Assembly (NCBI GenBank): GCA_034926785.1 | Contig: JAYFQU010000023.1 | Location: 458 to 64,457 of the forward strand | Length of the DNA stretch: 64,000 nt | Direction of reading: 5' to 3' | From: Christensenella sp. | Lineage (GTDB): Bacteria; Bacillota; Clostridia; Christensenellales; CAG-138 | Notes under the pieces: model-generated | Seen by the model: only the letters and a program-made list of their open reading frames with translations | What the model was told of the DNA's origin: nothing | Database searches by the model: none | Part shown: positions 26,739-35,473 of the stretch, one piece after another | Layout: each line of letters opens with the position of its first letter | Position numbering within the stretch: position 1 is the first letter of the stretch | Program-made: the position numbers and the translations under genes

Positions 26739-28355
26739 TCACCGTTTGTCTCCTCTTCGGTATTCGCTCGGCGTACACCCGGCAACTTTTTTAAACACAA
26801 AACTGAAATAGTGGGAATCTCGAAATCCCACGGCAAACGCGATTTCGCTGGAGCGCATGTCCGTCTGCCGGAGCATGCGCTTTGCTTCGGCGATTCGCTT
26901 TCCGGTCAAATATTCGATAAACGTCTGCCCGATTTCCTGGCTGAACATGGCGGAGAAATAGTTGGGACTGATGTTCACCTTCTGCGCCACGCGGTCGAGC
27001 GACATGGTCTCTTCGGCGTAGTGTTGATCGATGAATCCGATCGCCTGCGCCAGCAGGTCGCGCTGCTGTTTTCGGCTTTCGAGGTCTCTTAGCCCGATGG
27101 CATGCAGCATGATCTGGCGCGCATACAGGCGCACCTCTTCCGGCGAGGAGATGTTGTCTCTGGGGCGCAGTTCCGGCGGCCAATAGCTCTCGCTCCGGCC
27201 GCCGATAGAATCCAAATATGCAACCGACGCAAAATAGACCGTCATGGTCAGATAGCGGCAGAACATAGGCAGCGGGGCGGTTCCGCTGCCCGCGCTCTCC
27301 AATAGTTGGTCGATAAATTGATCGATCTCCTCCGCCGTTCCCCCGCTTAAAAAGCAGCGGATGCGCTCCTGATCAATCTCCTGATTGCCGGATCGGGAAT
27401 TTGAGCCGCTTTTCCCGCGCAGGTTTTGTATGCTCGCTTCCGAGAGGATATGTTCCTCCGGGCAGAGATAGCGGTAGGATAGGATGCGGCTTGCTTCGGC
27501 AAAGCAGGCGGGCAGTGCGCTGAGGCGCGAAACCGCGGTGCCGCTGGCGATATGCCAGTTTACCTCATGGCCGGCCTCTGCGCAGAGATGTTCGAGGCTG
27601 TCCAGGCAGCCCTCTGTCCGCTGGCCGATCTCCTCCTTCGCACCTTTGATCAACACCGCATAGGTCGAGATGTTCCAGCGGAACAGGATCAGTTCGGAGT
27701 GGCTGACCAGCATCTTTGTCACCTGTTCCTGCAGGGCGGCCAGCGCCTCCGAATACCCTTCCGGCGCGCTGCCGTCGTACTCCGCGCTGCTCAGCGAAAA
27801 GAGCAGAATGTTATAGTATGGCGCATTGAGTTCTATCTCCAGGGCCTTCGCAGTTTCGGAAATCTCCGAAACGCTCAGCCCTCCGGTAACAATCTGCTCA
27901 AAAAAGCGCCTGCGGGAGAACACCTCATATTCCTGCGCCTCGCGCTGGAACATCGCGAGATACTCCCGCTGCTGCTGCTCGGCCTCCATCTTCTTCTGGA
28001 GAGAAATCAGCAGCTCTACGAGTTTTTCTTTGACGACGGGTTTGAGCAGATACTGCTCCACCCCCATACGAATCGCCTGCTGTGCATAGGCAAAATCGTC
28101 ATATCCGCTGATAATGACAATTTTGGTGCGGGGCAGTTCCTTTCGGATCAGCTCGCTCAGCGCGAGTCCGTCCATAAACGGCATCTTGATGTCGGTGATT
28201 AAAAGATCGGGCTGTATCTGCCGAATCAGCGGAAGCGCAAGCTCGCCGTCCGGCGCATCTCCGGCATATTCAAAGCCATACTGCTCCCATTGGATGTTTT
28301 TTCGTATTCCCTCTCGCATCACAATCTCATCTTCGACCAGAAAAACCTTAAACAT
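26739..28355 (-). CDS. Response regulator with AraC-type DNA-binding domain (YesN-like)
   Basis: A REC domain (MFKVFLVEDE...LLITDIKMPFMDG) plus a C-terminal AraC HTH (SPNYFSAMFSQEIGQTFIEYL...GFRDSHYFSFVFKK). Start trimmed from 28445 to ATG 28355. Confidence 0.85.
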   Translation of the reverse strand: MFKVFLVEDEIVMREGIRKNIQWEQYGFEYAGDAPDGELALPLIRQIQPDLLITDIKMPFMDGLALSELIRKELPRTKIVIISGYDDFAYAQQAIRMGVEQYLLKPVVKEKLVELLISLQKKMEAEQQQREYLAMFQREAQEYEVFSRRRFFEQIVTGGLSVSEISETAKALEIELNAPYYNILLFSLSSAEYDGSAPEGYSEALAALQEQVTKMLVSHSELILFRWNISTYAVLIKGAKEEIGQRTEGCLDSLEHLCAEAGHEVNWHIASGTAVSRLSALPACFAEASRILSYRYLCPEEHILSEASIQNLRGKSGSNSRSGNQEIDQERIRCFLSGGTAEEIDQFIDQLLESAGSGTAPLPMFCRYLTMTVYFASVAYLDSIGGRSESYWPPELRPRDNISSPEEVRLYARQIMLHAIGLRDLESRKQQRDLLAQAIGFIDQHYAEETMSLDRVAQKVNISPNYFSAMFSQEIGQTFIEYLTGKRIAEAKRMLRQTDMRSSEIAFAVGFRDSHYFSFVFKKVAGCTPSEYRRGDKR

Positions 28356-28587
28356 GGAATATTCCCTTCTGACAGGTAAATATCTCGAATTATATGATGT
28401 GCAGAATCCCCCATAAATTATGTTCTGTTTTAAAACAATCAACAATAGATTTTTTTATGATATTGGTCGGATTTTGTGGTTTCTCCTCTTCATTTGCGAA
28501 ATGCTGGCTCCTGAGCCGTACGGATCGGTATGCGCGCCGTGGCGAATCGGAATTCACAGATAAATTCTCCCCCCCCCCGTAAAGTGG

Positions 28588-28650
28588 TTGACAGAATTGC
28601 TATTCAGTATTATCATATCGATACATTATATCGATATCAATTAATCGATA
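28588..28650 (+). promoter_or_regulatory. hydCBA promoter with three ATCGATA boxes
   Basis: TTGACA (28588-28593), a 17-nt spacer, then TATCAT (28611-28616). ATCGATA occurs at 28617-28623, 28630-28636 and 28644-28650. The -35 and -10/box-1 segments are nearly identical to the hydS promoter. Confidence 0.7.
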
Positions 28651-28790
28651 TGGATACGACCCAAGTCTTTCCTTCTGGCGTCTGTTTGCGAAGAACGAGC
28701 GCCGCACGGGCGGAACCGCGACCAGCCGCAAAAGGAAAGCGATCCGAAAACACTTCATTCACGATACTACGCCGGAGGAACGAAACACCC

Positions 28791-29294
28791 ATGCAATCAA
28801 CATTCGATTATGGCGCGCTGGATGAAATTCTGCTGGCCAACGGCACAGAGGAATCCGCCGTCATCGCCATCCTGCAGGACATTCAGGAGCGCTATCGCTA
28901 TCTGCCCAGAGAGGTATTCCCCTATCTCGCGGAGAAGATGCGAATCAGCGAGGCGCGCATATTCTCTGTCGCAACCTTCTACGAGAACTTTTCCCTGGAG
29001 GCAAAAGGGCACTTCGTCATCCGCATCTGTGATGGAACGGCCTGCCATGTTCGAAAATCGATCCCAATTTTAGAGTTTTTACGCAAGGAACTGTGCTTAA
29101 GCGAGGATAAGCGAACCACCGACGACCTTGGCTTCACCGTGGAGACGGTGTCCTGCCTCGGCGCATGCGGCCTCGCGCCTGTTTTAACCGTGAACGACAA
29201 GGTCTATCCCGCCATGACGCCGGAGAAGGCCGGCGAACTGGTTCGCGCCCTGCGGGAGGAACTCGCGGCAAAGGCCGAGGAGGAAGCACGATGA
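28791..29294 (+). CDS. hydC: [FeFe]-hydrogenase NuoE-like [2Fe-2S] subunit
   Basis: LQDIQERYRYLPREVFPYLAEKMRISEARIFSVATFYENF...ICDGTACHVR...VSCLGACGLAPV. GGAGGAA RBS. Start trimmed from 28530 to ATG 28791. Confidence 0.88.
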   Translation: MQSTFDYGALDEILLANGTEESAVIAILQDIQERYRYLPREVFPYLAEKMRISEARIFSVATFYENFSLEAKGHFVIRICDGTACHVRKSIPILEFLRKELCLSEDKRTTDDLGFTVETVSCLGACGLAPVLTVNDKVYPAMTPEKAGELVRALREELAAKAEEEAR

Positions 29295-31168
29295 AACTCA
29301 GCAGTCAAGCCGATCTTGCCGCCCTGCGAAAAACCTGCGCCTACGCACGTTCCCTCGAAACCAAGCGGATCCTGGTCTGCGCCGGAACGGGCTGCGTTTC
29401 CAGCGGCTCGATGGAGATTTTTGCGCGTCTCCAATCGCTCATGGAGGATCGAAATATACCCGTGTCCGTTGAACTGGCGGAGGAGCCGCACGGCGAGCGC
29501 GTCGGCCTCAAGGAATGCGGCTGCCACGGTTTTTGCGAGATGGGACCGCTGGTGCGCATCGAACCGCAGGGCTGGCTCTACACGAAAACGCAGCCGAACG
29601 ACTGTGAGGAAATCATCGAGCGCACGATTCTGCGCGGCGAGCGCATAGAGCGGCTTGCGTTTGTCAAGGAAGGCGAACGCTATCCCCGCCAAGAGGAAAT
29701 CCCGTTTTATCAGAAACAAACGCGGCTCGTGCTGGAGCACTGCGGGCAGATTGACGCCACCAGCATCCGCGAATATCTCGCAATCGGTGGCTACAGCGCG
29801 CTGGAACAGGCGCTCTTTTCGCGCACGCAGGACGAAATCATCGACGAAATCATAAAATCGAACCTGCGCGGACGCGGGGGCGGCGGTTTCCCGGCCGGAC
29901 AAAAATGGTCCCAGGTACGCCGGCAGAACACGGAACAAAAATACATTGTCTGCAACGGCGACGAGGGCGATCCCGGCGCGTTTATGGATCGCAGCGTCAT
30001 GGAGGGCGATCCGCACCGTATGCTTGAAGGCATGATGATCGCAGGTCTTGCCTGCGGCGCGAGCAAGGGATATATCTATGTTCGCGCGGAGTATCCGCTC
30101 GCGGTCAAGCGTCTGCGACGCGCAATCCGGCAGGCGGAAGATCTCGGGCTTCTCGGCGGGCGAATTCTTGGCACCGGCTTTTCCTTTCGCCTGCGGGTGG
30201 CGCGCGGCGCAGGCGCGTTCGTCTGCGGCGAGGGCAGCGCGCTGACCGCCTCTATCGAAGGCAAGCGCGGCATGCCACGTGTGAAACCCCCGCGCACGGT
30301 GGAGCACGGCCTGTTTGACAAACCGACCGTACTCAACAATGTCGAAACCTATGCGAATGTGCCGCTGATCATCAACCGCGGCGCAGACTGGTATCTCTCC
30401 ATCGGGCCGCGGAACAGCCCCGGCACAAAGGCCTTTGCGCTGACGGGCAACATCGTCAACACGGGGCTTATCGAAGTGCCGATGGGCACCACCCTGCGCG
30501 AGGTGATCTTCGACGTCGGCGGCGGCGTTCGCGGCGGCAAGGCGTTTAAAGCGGTGCAGATCGGCGGGCCATCGGGCGGTTGCCTGACCGCGGAGGATCT
30601 CGACCTGCCGCTGGACTTTGACTCGCTCAAGAAGGCAGGCGCAATGATCGGCTCCGGCGGACTCGTCGTCATGGACGAGGACACCTGCATGGTGGAGGTC
30701 GCGCGGTTTTTCATGCACTTTACCCAGAACGAATCCTGCGGAAAGTGCGTGCCCTGCCGGGAGGGAACCAAGCGCATGCTTGCGATATTGGAGCGCATCG
30801 TTGAGGGCAAGGGCGAGGAGGGCGACATTGAATTGCTGCTGGAGCTGGCGGACACCATCTCGGCCACTGCGCTCTGCGGCCTCGGCAAATCCGCCGCTTC
30901 CCCCGTCGTGAGCACCATCCGCAGCTTCCGCGCGGAGTATGAGGCGCATATTCGGGACAAGCGCTGCCCAGCCGGCAGTTGTCAGAGGCTCAAGCGCATC
31001 CGGATCGACCCCACGCTATGCAAGGGCTGCTCCAAGTGCGCAAAAGCCTGCCCGGTCGGCGCAATCTCCGGGCAGATTAAGCATCCCTATTCGATCGATG
31101 AGACAGCATGTATCCGCTGCGGCGCATGCGCAGCGACCTGCGCATTCCACGCGGTTATGGAGGGTTAG
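29291..31168 (+). CDS. hydB: [FeFe]-hydrogenase NuoF-like FMN/NAD(H)-binding subunit
   Basis: An N-terminal Trx-like [2Fe-2S] (VCAGTGCVSSG), the NuoF core (GRGGGGFPAGQKW, NGDEGDPGAF, ESCGKCVPCREG), and a C-terminal 2x[4Fe-4S] (CKGCSKCAKACP, CIRCGACAATC). The ATGA overlaps the hydC stop. Start trimmed from 29165. Confidence 0.9.
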   Translation: MKLSSQADLAALRKTCAYARSLETKRILVCAGTGCVSSGSMEIFARLQSLMEDRNIPVSVELAEEPHGERVGLKECGCHGFCEMGPLVRIEPQGWLYTKTQPNDCEEIIERTILRGERIERLAFVKEGERYPRQEEIPFYQKQTRLVLEHCGQIDATSIREYLAIGGYSALEQALFSRTQDEIIDEIIKSNLRGRGGGGFPAGQKWSQVRRQNTEQKYIVCNGDEGDPGAFMDRSVMEGDPHRMLEGMMIAGLACGASKGYIYVRAEYPLAVKRLRRAIRQAEDLGLLGGRILGTGFSFRLRVARGAGAFVCGEGSALTASIEGKRGMPRVKPPRTVEHGLFDKPTVLNNVETYANVPLIINRGADWYLSIGPRNSPGTKAFALTGNIVNTGLIEVPMGTTLREVIFDVGGGVRGGKAFKAVQIGGPSGGCLTAEDLDLPLDFDSLKKAGAMIGSGGLVVMDEDTCMVEVARFFMHFTQNESCGKCVPCREGTKRMLAILERIVEGKGEEGDIELLLELADTISATALCGLGKSAASPVVSTIRSFRAEYEAHIRDKRCPAGSCQRLKRIRIDPTLCKGCSKCAKACPVGAISGQIKHPYSIDETACIRCGACAATCAFHAVMEG

Positions 31169-31173
31169 GCCAT

Positions 31174-32877
31174 ATGCAAGAGAAAGAATTCATGACCGTG
31201 GACGGCATCCCGGTAGAGATCAACGGCGAAAAAAACCTGCTGGAGCTAATTCGAAAAATCGGCATCAAACTCCCGACGTTTTGCTATCATTCGGAACTCT
31301 CGGTCTACGGCGCCTGCCGCATGTGCATGGTGGAGACCGCGCGCGGCGACCTTGAAGCCGCCTGTTCCACCCCGCCAAAGGCCGGCATGACGATTAAAAC
31401 CAACACCGAACGACTCCGCCGCTATCGCAAAAACATCCTTGAACTCCTGCTCGCCAACCATTGCCGGGACTGCACCACCTGCGGCAACAACGGAACCTGC
31501 AAACTGCAGGATCTTGCGATGCGATTCGATATCCGCGGGGTGCGTTTCCCCAATACGGCGCCCCGCCAAAAACGGGATGACTCCTCCCTCTGCATCACGC
31601 GGGACGCCAGCAAATGTATCCTCTGCGGAGACTGTGTGCGCATGTGCAGCGAGGTGCAGCATGTCGGCGCAATCGACTTTGCCTATCGCGGCTCACGGAT
31701 GGAGATCAGCACCGCGTTCGGCATCCCGATTGCCGCGTCGCCCTGCGTCGGCTGCGGGCAATGCGCGGCGGTCTGCCCGACAGGCGCAATCGTCGTCAAG
31801 GACGACTTAAACAAGGTTTGGCAGGCGCTGGAGGCGACGGACGTCAAGGTGACCGCGCAGATCGCCCCCGCGGTTCGCGTTGCGCTCGGCAAGTCGTTCA
31901 ACCTCCGCGACGGTGAAAACGCGATGGGTAGCATCATCGCCGCCCTGCACCGCATGGGATTTGACGAGGTATACGACACCTCGCTCGGCGCGGATCTGAC
32001 CGTGCTGGAGGAGAGCGAGGAGTTGCTGGGGCATCTGGAGCGGGAGAAAGCGCTCCCGCTGTTTACCTCCTGCTGCCCCGCTTGGGTGCAGTATTGCGAA
32101 AAAAACTATCCCGACCTCCTGCCGCATATTTCCTCCTGCCGCTCGCCGATGCAGATGTTTGCCTCGGTCATCAAGGAAGACGGCAAAACCTCCTCGCGCA
32201 GGCAGTTTCACGTTGCCGTCATGCCCTGTACGGCAAAGAAGTTTGAAGCCGTGCGGGACGAGTTTTGCGTGAACGGCGCGCCGAATGTGGACGCGGTCAT
32301 CACCACGCAGGAGCTCATCCGAATGATCAAGGAATCCGGCATCGTGTTTGAGGAGCTGGCGGCGGACGCAGTGGATCTTCCGTTTGGCACGGTCTCGGGC
32401 GCGGGCGTCATCTTTGGCGTCACCGGCGGCGTTACGGAGGCCGTATTGCGCCGCCTCGCCTCGGATAAATCACGCGGAGGGCTCTATTCCTCGGCCTATG
32501 CCGGCGTGCGCGGCATGGAGGGCGTCAAGGAGGCGCGGGTGCCCTATCAGGGAAGCGAACTCAGGATCGCCGTAGTCAGCGGGCTGGACCATGCCGACGC
32601 GCTGATCCAACGTATCCTCTCCGGCGAGGCGCACTATGATTTTGTCGAGGTCATGGCCTGCCCCGGCGGCTGTGTGAGCGGCGCAGGACAGCCCTACGGC
32701 TCCTCCTGCGCAAAGGCCGAGCGCGGAGACGGGCTCTACGCGGCCGACCGCCTCTCCAGCGTCAAGCGCTCCGAGGAAAACGCGCTGGTGCAGTCGCTGT
32801 ACGGCGATGTACTCAAGGGCAGAGTGCACGAACTGCTGCACGTGAACTATTCGAAAAAAGGAGGTCGCGACGCATGA
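31174..32877 (+). CDS. hydA: Catalytic [FeFe]-hydrogenase subunit (group A3-type, M3 architecture)
   Basis: An N-terminal [2Fe-2S] and the accessory clusters are present. Canonical H-cluster motifs are TSCCPAW, MPCTAKKFE and EVMACPGGCVSGAGQP. GGAGGG lies ~10 nt upstream of ATG 31174. Start trimmed from 31108. Confidence 0.92.
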   Translation: MQEKEFMTVDGIPVEINGEKNLLELIRKIGIKLPTFCYHSELSVYGACRMCMVETARGDLEAACSTPPKAGMTIKTNTERLRRYRKNILELLLANHCRDCTTCGNNGTCKLQDLAMRFDIRGVRFPNTAPRQKRDDSSLCITRDASKCILCGDCVRMCSEVQHVGAIDFAYRGSRMEISTAFGIPIAASPCVGCGQCAAVCPTGAIVVKDDLNKVWQALEATDVKVTAQIAPAVRVALGKSFNLRDGENAMGSIIAALHRMGFDEVYDTSLGADLTVLEESEELLGHLEREKALPLFTSCCPAWVQYCEKNYPDLLPHISSCRSPMQMFASVIKEDGKTSSRRQFHVAVMPCTAKKFEAVRDEFCVNGAPNVDAVITTQELIRMIKESGIVFEELAADAVDLPFGTVSGAGVIFGVTGGVTEAVLRRLASDKSRGGLYSSAYAGVRGMEGVKEARVPYQGSELRIAVVSGLDHADALIQRILSGEAHYDFVEVMACPGGCVSGAGQPYGSSCAKAERGDGLYAADRLSSVKRSEENALVQSLYGDVLKGRVHELLHVNYSKKGGRDA

Positions 32878-33128
32878 CCCAGCTTTCGGTCTGCATTGGC
32901 AGCGCCTGCCATCTCAAGGGAGCATACAACGTCATCTCCACCTTTCAGCATATGATTGAGGACTATCAGCTCCATGATCAGATTGTATTTGCGGCAACAT
33001 TCTGCACGAGGGAATGTCATAGGCCGGGCGTGAGCGTGACGCTAAACGGGACGAAGTCTGTCATCGCCGCGGAAGATGCGCGCCGCTTTTTCCGCGAAGA
33101 GGTTTTACCAGCCATCCCGCATCAGTAA
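32874..33128 (+). CDS. Small thioredoxin-like [2Fe-2S] protein, HydD-like fourth gene of the hydrogenase operon
   Basis: MTQLSVCIGSACHLKG...FCTRECHRPGVSV. It overlaps the hydA stop by 4 nt and is a paralog of 3306-3575. Confidence 0.75.
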   Translation: MTQLSVCIGSACHLKGAYNVISTFQHMIEDYQLHDQIVFAATFCTRECHRPGVSVTLNGTKSVIAAEDARRFFREEVLPAIPHQ

Positions 33129-33164
33129 TCAGTTTCGTTGCTATCCCGAACCGGGAGATAAACC

Positions 33165-33190
33165 ATGGGCGCCGGAAAGCCGGCGCCCAT
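33165..33190. terminator. GC-rich hairpin between convergent genes
   Basis: ATGGGCGCCGG-aaag-CCGGCGCCCAT (11-bp stem). The U-tract is weak on both strands. Confidence 0.45.
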
Positions 33191-33387
33191 TCAGCCCATC
33201 GACAAAGTCCTGCGGACTCTGCCGATGGGTTTTACTTTGGGTTAAAATGACGCGAATCGCGCCATTTTTTCACAAATTCGGCGAATGAATCGCCAAATTT
33301 GAAGGAACATGGGGGATTTTCGAATCGCCCCCGACGGGTTTTGTCGATCATCCGAGTTGTGATACCCGATTGTTTCCCCGCGCGGCC

Positions 33388-35439
33388 TTACTGGAAAAAC
33401 GCCGGCCTGCGGATATACCGGAATCCTGTGCTCCAACCGTCGGTCACGACCACGCCGTGCTGCCGGGAGGAGCAATGCGCAACCAGATAGCTTCCATCCG
33501 AATCAACAGAGACGATGATTCCAACGTGGTTGATCTGCCGCTCACCCGGCACATAGAAGAACGCGAGATCGCCTGGACGTCCCTCGTCCCAGCCGACAGA
33601 AACAGTCCGCTTCCACTGGTTGTTGGAACCGTTCCCAATTCCGCCCAGCGCTGCGGGGTCCCCCGCCGCGTTGATAAACACCCAGCTGACAAATCCGCTG
33701 CAATCCAGGCCCTTGACGGTAGACCGGCTCGTTACGGAGCCAATCCGCTCCGCCGCTTCGTCGCTGATGCCGCCCCAGGCGCTGCTCCATCCGAGGCAGT
33801 TATATTTCCCACCCCAGACATATTTCACCTTGCCGACCAACGAGAGAGCCTTCTCCACGACCTGTTTTCGCCCCAGATTGACATTCTCCGGCAGGGTCTG
33901 CAGAACCTGCTCCGGGTCGATCTCCGATGAGCCGTCGAACGCCGTATTCCCCGTCAGCGATGCAAACGTACGCTGAAACTCCGGCTGCATGAGCTCATAG
34001 AGGAAGCTCTTGCGCCGATCGCTCAGGTGATAGTCGCTTGCCATGTCCTCATAGGTCTTCGCGGTGAGCAGAACGTTGGCCTGTCCATCGATGCGATATA
34101 CCTCAATCCGGTTCATATCCCAGAACACGCTGTCCAGCCGGGAGAGCGAAATGGATTCCAGCATATCCGCGTTCAGCGGGTTTTCCTCGTCCGCTACATT
34201 TTGGGCAAGAAAGGTTGCCAGAATATCCGGCCAGTTGGTAACCGTTGCGCCGGCGACCTCCTGCACATCCCGTGCGGCTGTTGGCATCTCGTCCGTGTCG
34301 TTTTCCGCCGTCACCTCGGCGAGGATACGCGCGCCGGTATTTGCGGCGGTAGCCTCGGCAATCTTTCGCTGATAGTCGGCGGTCAACTCCGCAATCTTAT
34401 CGCTCATCTGCGCGTAGATCCCGTTTCGATAGGCCAGGAGGATTTCATACCGCTCTTTGCTGCTGCCGGCCGGCGCACCGGCTTCGCGCCCGCCCACCGT
34501 CTCCTCCGCTTCCCCCTCCACCGTAACGATGCGCGTCACGGTCGTCAGCATGCCGTTCTCCAGCGCGCCGTAAACAACGGTATACACACCAGCCTCATCG
34601 GCGAGAAAACCGCCGTCGTTCACAACCCAAACCGAAACGGTCTGGTCAAACTCCGTCTTTGCACTCACGCCGTCCTTCAGAGAAAACGACGAATCTCCCG
34701 CCTGAATTGTCACATCCGCGGCAGCGATGGTAACCTTGCCCTCCGGCGCGCCCGGCACCGGCAGCGGCGTCGGCGTCGCGCCGCTTTCCTCCTCGGCGGC
34801 GGATCTGGCGAGAATGATATCCGCGCGCTTATCCTGATTGAGCGAGGCGGCATAGCTCCCGTTGTCAATCTGCCGATAGCCCGCGAGTTCCGCAAGCGCA
34901 TAATACGACTGTCCGGTGGGCAGCATCCAGAAAACGCTGCCGTCATTACCGGATATCTCGGAATACAGCAGTCCGCCCGCCTGATAGAGCGCGACGCGCG
35001 CGCCGGAAAGCGCCGCGCCGGATTCATCCTTGACCAATATGGTATAGCGGCAGGTCGCTACCGGCGTTTGCTCCCCTGCGCCCGTTTCGCCAACGTCCGG
35101 CGTTGGCGTTGCGCCTGCCGCCGTTGGTTCAATGCCGGGGGAGTTCGCCGGATCCGGCGTCGCCTCAACCAACGCCGATTCGGTCGGAGCGGGAGGCGTT
35201 TCCTCCGCCGCTCCGGCTGCGCTCTCCGCCGGCGGTTGTTCGGTCTGCCCGCCTTGCTCTCCGGCGTAGAGCTCGTTTTCCAGCGTGTAGTCCAGCGCGC
35301 TCACCGTTTGATTGGTGCAACCGGTAAAAAAAGCAATCAGCAGCATGGCGACCATCAGAAATCCGATTCGGCCTTTGCAGCCTCTGTTCGGATTTCCGCT
35401 GTGCGTTTCTTTACCACGGCAGCCGTTGTATGGATTCAT
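33388..35439 (-). CDS. Large NlpC/P60-family cell-wall hydrolase lipoprotein
   Basis: Lipobox FFTGC. There are Pro/Ala/Glu-rich linkers, a carboxypeptidase-regulatory-like segment and an Ig-like segment. The C-terminal NlpC/P60 domain reads KYVWGG...GLDCSGFVSWVF...INHVGIIV...VAHCSS. Start trimmed from 35679 to ATG 35439. Confidence 0.85.
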   Translation of the reverse strand: MNPYNGCRGKETHSGNPNRGCKGRIGFLMVAMLLIAFFTGCTNQTVSALDYTLENELYAGEQGGQTEQPPAESAAGAAEETPPAPTESALVEATPDPANSPGIEPTAAGATPTPDVGETGAGEQTPVATCRYTILVKDESGAALSGARVALYQAGGLLYSEISGNDGSVFWMLPTGQSYYALAELAGYRQIDNGSYAASLNQDKRADIILARSAAEEESGATPTPLPVPGAPEGKVTIAAADVTIQAGDSSFSLKDGVSAKTEFDQTVSVWVVNDGGFLADEAGVYTVVYGALENGMLTTVTRIVTVEGEAEETVGGREAGAPAGSSKERYEILLAYRNGIYAQMSDKIAELTADYQRKIAEATAANTGARILAEVTAENDTDEMPTAARDVQEVAGATVTNWPDILATFLAQNVADEENPLNADMLESISLSRLDSVFWDMNRIEVYRIDGQANVLLTAKTYEDMASDYHLSDRRKSFLYELMQPEFQRTFASLTGNTAFDGSSEIDPEQVLQTLPENVNLGRKQVVEKALSLVGKVKYVWGGKYNCLGWSSAWGGISDEAAERIGSVTSRSTVKGLDCSGFVSWVFINAAGDPAALGGIGNGSNNQWKRTVSVGWDEGRPGDLAFFYVPGERQINHVGIIVSVDSDGSYLVAHCSSRQHGVVVTDGWSTGFRYIRRPAFFQ

Positions 35440-35473
35440 GTTTATGGGTTCCTTCCGCTGTTTCGGATGATGT

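Noticed and set aside
28530-28790. N-terminal extensions of track ORFs: hydC from 28530, hydB from 29165, hydA from 31108, xylA from 62404, NlpC/P60 to 35679, cbiM to 19118, the regulator to 28445, and others
   Set aside because: In each case an internal ATG or GTG preceded by a GGAGG-type RBS coincides with the expected family N-terminus or signal peptide. The upstream extension is Arg/Pro-rich or overlaps the neighbouring gene or promoter.
29204-30949. 581-aa ORF on the - strand
   Set aside because: It is antisense to hydB, whose NuoF motifs are unambiguous. The translation is Ala/Arg/Gly-rich with no recognisable motif or RBS.
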